DNA of 64,000 nucleotides from an uncultured bacterium (GTDB lineage Bacteria; Chloroflexota; UBA5177; JANWHV01): NCBI GenBank assembly GCA_963827235.1, contig CAWHAE010000009.1, positions 1,120,001 to 1,184,000 of the forward strand, read 5' to 3'. Shown piece by piece: positions 56,750 to 64,000 of this stretch (position 1 is its first letter; each line of letters starts with the position of its first letter). The notes under the pieces were generated by a model. It saw only the letters and a program-made list of their open reading frames with translations, ran no database searches and was not told where the DNA came from. The position numbers and the translations under genes were made by a program.

Positions 56750-58564
56750 TCAGTCCTCGGTCTCGAACAGCGGCACCTCGCCGGCCAGGGCCACGACCAG
56801 CAGGTCGCCGTCGGCCACCACGAGATCGGGCTTGGGAGCGAAGCGCGCGTCGTCAGGGCGATCGGCCGGCCGGTGCAGCAGCGCGGCTCCGCCGCGGCCG
56901 GCAGCCACTGCAGCCACGGTCTGGCCGGCCAGCTCGGCGTCGATCTGTATATACAGGATGCTCAGGCTGTCGACGCCGGGATGGTCTACGGGCACGCCGA
57001 TGATGCGCGGCGCTTCGTGGCTGATTGCCGCGCTGGCAAAGACCGGCGCGCCCAAGCTGGCGGTGCTGAAGGCGGCCGGGATGTTCAGACTGCGCCGGGC
57101 CTGTACTGCCAGCTCGTGATCGAACACGCGCACCACGACGTGAATGTCCGGCTGGATGGCGCGCGCGTTCAGCGCCGCTTCTATGTTCGCCAGGTCGCTG
57201 CTGGTCGCGCAGATGAAGGCACGGGCACGGGCGATCTGCGCGCGACGAAGCGTGTCTTCAAACAGCGTGTCGCCGATCACGATGGGAATGCCCAGCGCGC
57301 GCACCTGGGAGACGAAGCGGGCATGCTCGGACTCCTCGATCGCCACCACATGCTCACCGGCATCGTGCAGCATGCTGACCACGCGGAATCCCACGGTACC
57401 CACGCCCGCCACGACGTAGTGATCCTGCTCCTCATCCAGGGGAGCACCGAGCAGGGCGGCCAATCGCTCGCTCACCACGGCTTCGGCGATCAGGGCGTAA
57501 ATCACGGCCATGAGAACGGCGCCGGTCAGCATGACGAACACGCCGTACAGCTTGAGCGGCGTGCTCGCGTGCAGCAGGTTGATGTCGCCCAGCCCGACGG
57601 TGGTGATCAGGGCGGCGGTGAAGTAGACGGCGTTGGAAAGCGCGAGCGGGTAGAACTGCCTGAAGACGATCACGCTGAGCATGAACAGGGTCAGCATGAG
57701 TGAAATCGCGGCGCGCAGGTAAGGGTTCGTGTGTTGCCAGAGCCTCAACAACTGGTGGACCATACGCGGCTGACGCCGCTTTCGCCGCGGCGTGGTGAGG
57801 GCAAGCTGCGTCTCCAGCCATTGCTCGGGATTGGTCGCCGTCCTGGCCGCTGCCACCCATTCCGGGTGGCGTCCCAGGGCCCGCAGGCGAGAAGGATGCG
57901 CGGCGACCAGCAGCTTGGCGCCGGCAGGCGGCGCGTACTCGATCGGCGGAAACCAGACGGTCTTCTCGGTCGTCGTGCAGGCGAGCGCAACCATTCCCAC
58001 CAACCGCCAGTGCTCGAGCGTGAGCGCGGGCGCTATGCCCGCCGGCACCTCCAGGGTGCCGATCGCCCAGGACGTGCCGCCCAGGGTGAAGGCGCCGCGA
58101 AGCCAGGGGTTGCGCGCCGCCATGGCAAAGACCGGCGCTACCATGGCAGAGAGCGACAGGGCCTCAATGCCTACGGGCAGCTCCCGCAGGTGCTCCGCCA
58201 TGCGCTGGTTGAACAAACGCATGATCACGCGCCCGGACAGGTTGAGCTCACGCGCGGCCAGCGCCGTCTTGAGACTGGACATGTCGTGGCTGATGGTCAC
58301 GATCACGACACGAGCATTGCGCACGCCCGCCTGCTGCAGCAGCTCGTACCGCGTGCTGTCGCCGTTGATCACCGGTACCCCGTGGCGCGCCAGCAGGCGC
58401 TTGAAGGGAGTCTGAGGCCCACTGTCGATCACCACGATGCGCATGCCGGCGCGTAGCAGGGCCTCCGTGACGCTCTCGCCGATTCGCCCGAGGCCGCACA
58501 GGACGACGTGATCGCGCCAGGTCGACGTATCTTCAACGGCGGATATCGCGTCGTCGAGCAACAT
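56750..58564 (-). CDS. Potassium channel family protein with two TrkA-N (RCK) domains
   Basis: CGLGRIG, TTVGLGD pore motif, AGVGTVG; TGcTACGAT 6 nt before the ATG suggests a leaderless mRNA. Confidence 0.9.
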   Translation of the reverse strand: MLLDDAISAVEDTSTWRDHVVLCGLGRIGESVTEALLRAGMRIVVIDSGPQTPFKRLLARHGVPVINGDSTRYELLQQAGVRNARVVIVTISHDMSSLKTALAARELNLSGRVIMRLFNQRMAEHLRELPVGIEALSLSAMVAPVFAMAARNPWLRGAFTLGGTSWAIGTLEVPAGIAPALTLEHWRLVGMVALACTTTEKTVWFPPIEYAPPAGAKLLVAAHPSRLRALGRHPEWVAAARTATNPEQWLETQLALTTPRRKRRQPRMVHQLLRLWQHTNPYLRAAISLMLTLFMLSVIVFRQFYPLALSNAVYFTAALITTVGLGDINLLHASTPLKLYGVFVMLTGAVLMAVIYALIAEAVVSERLAALLGAPLDEEQDHYVVAGVGTVGFRVVSMLHDAGEHVVAIEESEHARFVSQVRALGIPIVIGDTLFEDTLRRAQIARARAFICATSSDLANIEAALNARAIQPDIHVVVRVFDHELAVQARRSLNIPAAFSTASLGAPVFASAAISHEAPRIIGVPVDHPGVDSLSILYIQIDAELAGQTVAAVAAGRGGAALLHRPADRPDDARFAPKPDLVVADGDLLVVALAGEVPLFETED

Positions 58565-58718
58565 GCGGCAATCGTAGCACAGGTTTCTCTGTATTGCAGT
58601 ACCGTAGTACTGCATCCGAGCTAGGAGGATCGCGGCCCGAGCCCGGTGACACGACACCGGCAGCACCGGAGTAAGGACGCACGTGAACGACATGCTGCGG
58701 GGGCGGCGGAAGGCGGAT

Positions 58719-60893
58719 ATGCGGCGGCTGCACGCCATTGCCGCGCTCCTGGCGGCCGTGCTGTTTGCGGCCCCGCCGTATGCGGGCGCGGTCCAGGCGA
58801 CGAGCCGTGCGGCCGGACCAGACTCTTTGAGTGCGGCGGCCGTGGATGTGACCCGATCCGCTGCCTCCGGCTCCCGGACACGGTTGGCCGGGCCGCGCGA
58901 GTACGCCTCGCCCGCGGGACCGCGAGCGTCCGGCTCGGCTCGTGAAGCCGACGGGTGGGGCGGACAGGCTGCCGGCGCCCCGGCGGCATTCGCGGGCTGG
59001 GCCATGGACGCCTACCCGGGCGACAGCGTCGCGCTGCTGGAGTCGCAGATGCGGCAGCAACTTGCTGCCGGTGCCAATATCGTCTGGCTGGGTCACAACA
59101 ACCCCGGCGAGGTGGGCACTCGAAAGAGCGAGCCGGGCCTCTCCTTCGCCGTGTGGCAGGCCTTCGAGGACGCCGGATCGCCGCTCCATGCGGATGCCGT
59201 GGACATGCTCCAGGCCGTGCGCAATGCCCTGAACGCGGCTCGAGCGCTCGGCATTCAGGTCGTGCTGCCGGTCGGCTATCAGATTCAGATGGGTGCGGCC
59301 TGGAACAGCGTCCATCCACGGGATCTGCGCGTGGATGGACGGGGCAAGGTCTACGACGCCGGTGGCGAGTCCGCTTCCTTCTACGCACCCGACTACCGGC
59401 GCGACATTCTTGCCTATTACCGCTGGGTGGACGGCACGCTCGTTCGGCCGTACGGCACGGCGATCGAGATGCTGAACATGGCCGACGAGCCTGCCGACGG
59501 CGACTATTCGATCTGGGCAGACTCGGCTTTTCGCGCCCGTTACGGTTTCAGCATGAGCGCGGCGGGAACGAATGCGCAACGGCAGGCCAGCGTGGGGCGA
59601 TTCCAGGCGGACTACATCGCCGACTACGCGGCATGGAGCGCCCGGCAGTGGCTGGCAATCGACCCCGCCGTCAAGGTGACCATGTCGTTCGATGGCGGCT
59701 ACGGCCGCGTCAAGCACGAAGGGCCCGACCTGGAGGCCATCTTCCAGGAGGCGCCCGAGAACTTCGTGGTAACGTTCGACGCCTATCCCAAGGATGGCCT
59801 CTACACGACGCCCGCGCACAGTGCCGACCTCTACGCGCTCTTCAGCCTGGTGCGCACGCTCGGCTACTACTCTGCCATCTATAATCGGCCGCTCTGGCTC
59901 TGGTCAACGGCCAATAGTTGGGGCCTGAACGGGGCCAGCAGCGATCCGGGCACGATTGCCGATGCGGTAGCCAATGCCATCTACCTTGCCCAGCTGGCGC
60001 GGCAGACCGGCGGCGACCTCCAGGGTATCGCCGTTTGGAACTACAACATCAAGGGTCAGGGGCTCTTCAACGACACGCACCGCTACTACTACGACCCGCG
60101 CCTGATGTTCGCACGCGTGTCGGCGACCTTTCCCCTCCTGCGCGGGATCATGCCGGCCCCTGCAGGCCGGCCGGACGCCCTCATCCTGGCGTCGAACGCG
60201 CACGACCTGCTCGTGGCCGGCCGCACGCGCGCCATGCGGGCCCTCGACAGCTACGACTGGACGGCGCTCGCCGCCTTCGCCCACGACGACGAGGCGGCGC
60301 CTATTGTCACTCACCTGATCTCCGGAGGAGCAGCCGGTGTGCGCGCGGTCGTGGTGTTGGATCGCACCGCCTCCGGCGTCACGCCTGCCGACAGGGCGGC
60401 GCTGGCCGGCGTTCTCGACGCCGGAGGTTCGGTACTGGCATCCGCTCCCGTGGCCACGCTGCTGGCGCCGGCCGCGGCAGACGTGGCGCGCGTGGCAGCG
60501 GGCACGGCGAACGCGGGCAGCATCGTCCGTTATCGCACGACGAGGGGGACGCTGCTCGCCGTGCAGGGCGTGCCGGTGGAGCAGATCTTCGCGGACGCCA
60601 ATCAGACCTGGGCCGGTGGCGTGGTACAGGCACTCTTTCGCGCGGGCACTCCCCAGGCCGGCTTCCTGGTGAGCTTTGGCGGGACAACGCTGCTGTACGG
60701 CGGGCTCGCCGGATCCGGGACCTCGTTCACGATCGACGCGCCGCTGCCGGGCTCGCCCGCGGACCTCGTCGTCTACGACGCCGCCGGCGTCGCGGTCCGG
60801 ACCGTGAAGCTCGCCGGCCAAGTAGCCGTGCGCCACGTCGAGGTACAGCGTCGCGCTTACGCGCTGGCAGTGGGTGCCGGCTTGGCGGGCTAA
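58719..60893 (+). CDS. Secreted glycoside hydrolase (clan GH-A/GH42-like TIM barrel)
   Basis: Signal peptide, LNMADEP acid/base motif, F..RYG, FDAYP. Confidence 0.55.
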   Translation: MRRLHAIAALLAAVLFAAPPYAGAVQATSRAAGPDSLSAAAVDVTRSAASGSRTRLAGPREYASPAGPRASGSAREADGWGGQAAGAPAAFAGWAMDAYPGDSVALLESQMRQQLAAGANIVWLGHNNPGEVGTRKSEPGLSFAVWQAFEDAGSPLHADAVDMLQAVRNALNAARALGIQVVLPVGYQIQMGAAWNSVHPRDLRVDGRGKVYDAGGESASFYAPDYRRDILAYYRWVDGTLVRPYGTAIEMLNMADEPADGDYSIWADSAFRARYGFSMSAAGTNAQRQASVGRFQADYIADYAAWSARQWLAIDPAVKVTMSFDGGYGRVKHEGPDLEAIFQEAPENFVVTFDAYPKDGLYTTPAHSADLYALFSLVRTLGYYSAIYNRPLWLWSTANSWGLNGASSDPGTIADAVANAIYLAQLARQTGGDLQGIAVWNYNIKGQGLFNDTHRYYYDPRLMFARVSATFPLLRGIMPAPAGRPDALILASNAHDLLVAGRTRAMRALDSYDWTALAAFAHDDEAAPIVTHLISGGAAGVRAVVVLDRTASGVTPADRAALAGVLDAGGSVLASAPVATLLAPAAADVARVAAGTANAGSIVRYRTTRGTLLAVQGVPVEQIFADANQTWAGGVVQALFRAGTPQAGFLVSFGGTTLLYGGLAGSGTSFTIDAPLPGSPADLVVYDAAGVAVRTVKLAGQVAVRHVEVQRRAYALAVGAGLAG

Positions 60894-60901
60894 AGCGCTC
60901 G

Positions 60902-61543
60902 CTACTCCTCGGCAGGCTCCGGGCGCAGCGGATTCTGGAAGAGATCGGCCACCCGGTAGGAGAAGCCGGGGATCACATCCTCGCCGTCGAGCGCGTCGCT
61001 GACGTTGAGCGTGCGGACCGGACCGGTGAGCACCTCCCGGTGCCATATGTCGATGTGCTTGGCCTGAGGCCAGACCACCCACACCAGGCTCGTGCCGGCA
61101 CGAAGATACTTGCGGGCCTTGGCGGCCATGGCATCGGCCGATTGGTCGGGCGACACGACTTCCACTGCGAGGTCGGGTGGAAATGGGATGGGCTTGCTGT
61201 CGTCCACGATGTCCGCCAGGTGCGCCGCAGCATAGTATCCTACGTCTGGGATGAGGCCGGTCTCTGCACCGGGGCACTTGTAGACCCCGTCAGCGCCGGT
61301 CATGATCCCGAGTCCGTGTGCATCGACATACGCGCCAAGCTGTACGAGCAGGCGTGCGCCAAGCCGCGACGCCTCATTGCCGCTCCCGCTCATGCGCACC
61401 AACACCCCTTCCACCACCTCGTAGATGTACCCGTCGTCGGGCAGGCTCAACAAGTCGTCTACCGTCGCCGGGCCATGGCCCGGCACGACCTCCGCCCAGG
61501 GGGCGGGGGACCGAGGTACGCCGCGAGAAACTGCAACCGCCAT
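60902..61543 (-). CDS. Uma2 family endonuclease (DUF820)
   Basis: YEVVEG.L, PDV, PDLAVEVVSP, K...Y..AG..LVWVV.P, PGF. Confidence 0.92.
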   Translation of the reverse strand: MAVAVSRGVPRSPAPWAEVVPGHGPATVDDLLSLPDDGYIYEVVEGVLVRMSGSGNEASRLGARLLVQLGAYVDAHGLGIMTGADGVYKCPGAETGLIPDVGYYAAAHLADIVDDSKPIPFPPDLAVEVVSPDQSADAMAAKARKYLRAGTSLVWVVWPQAKHIDIWHREVLTGPVRTLNVSDALDGEDVIPGFSYRVADLFQNPLRPEPAEE

Positions 61544-61880
61544 GGGGCACCTCCACTTACGGTTTCAGCATAGCGCGCCTGGCCCTCGCGCGCGGGCCCG
61601 ATCTCCGCGGAGGCGCACCCGCGGGCCTGCACGGTTGTGGTCCAAGGCCCCGGCCCGGCGATCCTGGGACCACGGCCGTCGCGGCTGCCTCCGGACGTGC
61701 CTGCAATTGCTTGCATCGACGAAAGGCACGAGACGCCTGCGTTGCGATGTCCAGGCGGGCTCGTGTCTCGCGGGCACTGTCGGGTGGCCGTGCTCGGCGC
61801 CTCGCGCGATGCCGCCAGAATCCCGGGTCCGGCCGCAGGTGAGGGCCGTGGCCTATCACGCCAAACGACTGAAAGCGGCT

Positions 61881-62750
61881 CTAGCCGGCGCGGGCGATCT
61901 CCGCGGATACCCAGCCGATCACGATGGCGTTGGCGCCGTGCTGCTTCGCCAGTGCCAGGGCCGAGCGTGCCGCCGTCGGCTTGCCGAGCTCAAGCTCGTC
62001 CCAGGCGATGGAGAGATAGGAGTTTCGCCTGGAGCCGTATCCCGTCGTGTCCTTCAGCCTGCCGGCGAGCAATTGCTGCGTTCGTGCCAGGTCGTTGCTA
62101 TAGGCGGCGGTGAGGCTCCAGCCTGCCGCGCTAAGCACCCGGTCCAGTAGGGCCTGCTTGGCGGGCGGGTACAGCACGAGGAAACGGCGATTCGTGCTCT
62201 TCCAGATGGCGTCGAACTCGGCATAGCCGATCACGTGGCCCTGACCCAGGTAGGGATCGCTGGACACGAAGCTTGACTGGCCGTCGTCGTACGACCGGAT
62301 GGGCCTGTAGTGCCCGACGTGGTCCGTGAGACTAACGTACTGGCTGACGATGACCGGGAAGCCGTTGGCGACGAGCAGCTTTATCACGCGCTCGCTGCCC
62401 GCGATACCGAGCAAGGCGCGCATACTGAGGCTGCGCATGTAGGCAGGCACGCCATACGGGGTCGTGCCGTACGGGTTACCGTCGGCCCGTATTACGGACT
62501 GCACCTGGTACTGCGTGCGATAGATGCCCCAATAGGCCAGCACCTCGGCGACCGACGCCGGACCGCAGTTGTTCCACGTCTGGGAAATGTTCTCCAGGGG
62601 CCCGAGCGCGGCGCTGGCCGGCAGGGGCTTGAGGCCGGCGGGCACAACCCTGGCGAACGCCGCGCCGCCCGGCCATGCGCTCTGTACGGCCACGAGCAGG
62701 GCGACCGCAAAGGCGGCTGCAATGGAAACGATCGATCGGCGGCAGCTCAT
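61881..62750 (-). CDS. Secreted C39-like cysteine peptidase with C-terminal TPR
   Basis: QTWNNCGP, GHYR, DPYLG. Confidence 0.8.
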   Translation of the reverse strand: MSCRRSIVSIAAAFAVALLVAVQSAWPGGAAFARVVPAGLKPLPASAALGPLENISQTWNNCGPASVAEVLAYWGIYRTQYQVQSVIRADGNPYGTTPYGVPAYMRSLSMRALLGIAGSERVIKLLVANGFPVIVSQYVSLTDHVGHYRPIRSYDDGQSSFVSSDPYLGQGHVIGYAEFDAIWKSTNRRFLVLYPPAKQALLDRVLSAAGWSLTAAYSNDLARTQQLLAGRLKDTTGYGSRRNSYLSIAWDELELGKPTAARSALALAKQHGANAIVIGWVSAEIARAG

Positions 62751-62930
62751 GGCGGACTCCCGGGAAGCGGCTGGCAGAGATCCTGCTTCGAGCATAGCAG
62801 ACCGCGGGGAAGGGTCGATGAGTATACTGACTGCGTCTGTCTCCCGCGCTCGAGCGGTGTCGCAGATCGCGCGGGCGGGCCCTGCCTGCAGGCGGTGCGA
62901 GCGCGGCGTTAGAAGTCAGGGGAGGTGGTC

Positions 62931-63749
62931 ATGCGCATTGCCATCGTCGGCGCGGGCATCATGGCTGAGGCCATTATCAAGGGAATCCTGGGAAAGGGCG
63001 TGTGCGGTCCGGACTCCCTGGTTGCCAGCGACCCTCGCGATGAACGGCGCACGTTTCTGCAGATGCAATATGGCATCCGCCTCCACGAATCGAACGTCGA
63101 GGCGGTGGCGGGTGCCACGATCGTGATCATGGCGGTCAAGCCGCAGAACGTGCCGACCGTGCTCAAGGAACTGGGAGACGTGCTGACCGACGATCAAGCG
63201 CTGATCTCGATCGCCGCCGGCATTGCCCTGAGCACGCTCGAGCAGAGTCTCGGCCGCCACGCCATCGTGCGAGCCATGCCCAACACGCCGTGCCTGGTGG
63301 GCGAAGGGATGATCGTGTGGCTACCCAACGCCTGGGTGACGCCCGCCCAGATCGAGCTCACCCGGGGCATCTTCGGTGCGCTGGGACGCCAGCTTCAGGT
63401 GTCAAACGAATCGTTCCTGAATATGGCCACCTGTATCTCCGGGTCGGGCCCGGCCTATCTCTTCTTGTTCATGGAGGCGCTGATCGATGCCGGCGTGCAG
63501 ATCGGCCTGCCGCGCTACATGTCGGAGGAGCTGGTGACGCAGACCGTCTTGGGCTCGGTCAGGCTGACACAGGACTCCGAGCGGCATCCGGCCGCCCTGA
63601 AGAATGACGTGACGTCGCCGGGCGGCACCACGGCGCAGGCGCTCTACCACCTGGAAAAGGGTGGGCTACGGTCGACGATCGCCGAAGCCGTGCTGGCGGC
63701 CTATCATCGAGCGCAGTCGCTGGGCAGGGCCGAGGGTGATCCCAGGTAG
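62931..63749 (+). CDS. proC: Pyrroline-5-carboxylate reductase
   Basis: GAGIMA, AVKPQ, SIAAG, RAMPNTP, SGSGPAY, VTSPGGTT. Confidence 0.96.
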   Translation: MRIAIVGAGIMAEAIIKGILGKGVCGPDSLVASDPRDERRTFLQMQYGIRLHESNVEAVAGATIVIMAVKPQNVPTVLKELGDVLTDDQALISIAAGIALSTLEQSLGRHAIVRAMPNTPCLVGEGMIVWLPNAWVTPAQIELTRGIFGALGRQLQVSNESFLNMATCISGSGPAYLFLFMEALIDAGVQIGLPRYMSEELVTQTVLGSVRLTQDSERHPAALKNDVTSPGGTTAQALYHLEKGGLRSTIAEAVLAAYHRAQSLGRAEGDPR

Positions 63750-64000
63750 TCGCGGGCCGCGTTCTTGAGCACCGAGAGGCCGAGCGTCGCGCAACGCGGG
63801 CGCACTTTGAGGAGCTCCGGGCCGAGATCCTCGTACAGATCGTCCGCGCTCAGGGCTTCCAACTCGCGCAGCGACCTTCCCTGCGCGAGCTCGGTGAGCA
63901 GCGACGCCGCGGCCTGGCTAATGGTGCAGCCCTCTCCCTCGAAGCTGATTTCCGCCAGCCGATCGTCCGCGTCTAGCCGGGCGTACATGCTGACCACGTC
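63704..64000 (-). CDS. SufU/IscU-like Fe-S scaffold protein (5' end off window)
   Basis: F.GEGCTISQAAAS, R.RCATL. Confidence 0.85.
   Translation of the reverse strand, partial: DVVSMYARLDADDRLAEISFEGEGCTISQAAASLLTELAQGRSLRELEALSADDLYEDLGPELLKVRPRCATLGLSVLKNAARDYLGSPSALPSDCAR

Noticed and set aside
54914-57703. 929-aa ORF as a giant fusion protein
   Set aside because: Artefact of two indels linking CHAD, the phosphoesterase start and the antisense of the K+ channel gene.
60902-61543. Uma2 endonuclease as a defence or restriction system
   Set aside because: Stand-alone member of a commonly expanded family, with no methylase or partner genes nearby.
63704-63749. 46-bp convergent overlap of proC and the sufU-like gene
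   Set aside because: Short 3' overlaps are common in GC-rich genomes; no further signal.

Overview
GC-rich bacterial chromosomal window. Gene content and motifs (terminase-like family, Uma2, glucosaminidase-like protein, AGAAC-N4-GTTCT LexA-type box) suggest Chloroflexota; this is an inference. The left edge holds the end of an integrated element. A large serine recombinase (minus strand, runs off the window, missed by the ORF track) abuts an orphan terminase-large-subunit-like gene that starts at the point where its Walker A motif should end, so the element looks like a gene-interrupting, potentially excisable (skin-like) insertion. The rest is housekeeping and accessory genes: sedolisin, serpin, group-2-like sigma70, rmd/gmd, rpsP-khpA-rimM-trmD, a Tat-exported Mo/W-bisPGD oxidoreductase operon, NfnAB, a CUT1 ABC transporter with an EEP phosphoesterase, two-component systems, thrC, CHAD, a K+ channel and proC. 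Notable non-coding signals are a perfect 38-bp palindrome (LexA-type box at the centre of a symmetric bidirectional promoter) before an unannotated 58-aa membrane protein, an 11-bp-period Pho-box-like array, a cluster of four DnaA boxes, a dispersed 35-bp hairpin motif in three or more intergenic regions, and a structured leader before an FmdE gene. Three genes carry single-base frameshifts that are probably long-read errors. No rRNA, tRNA or CRISPR array was seen.
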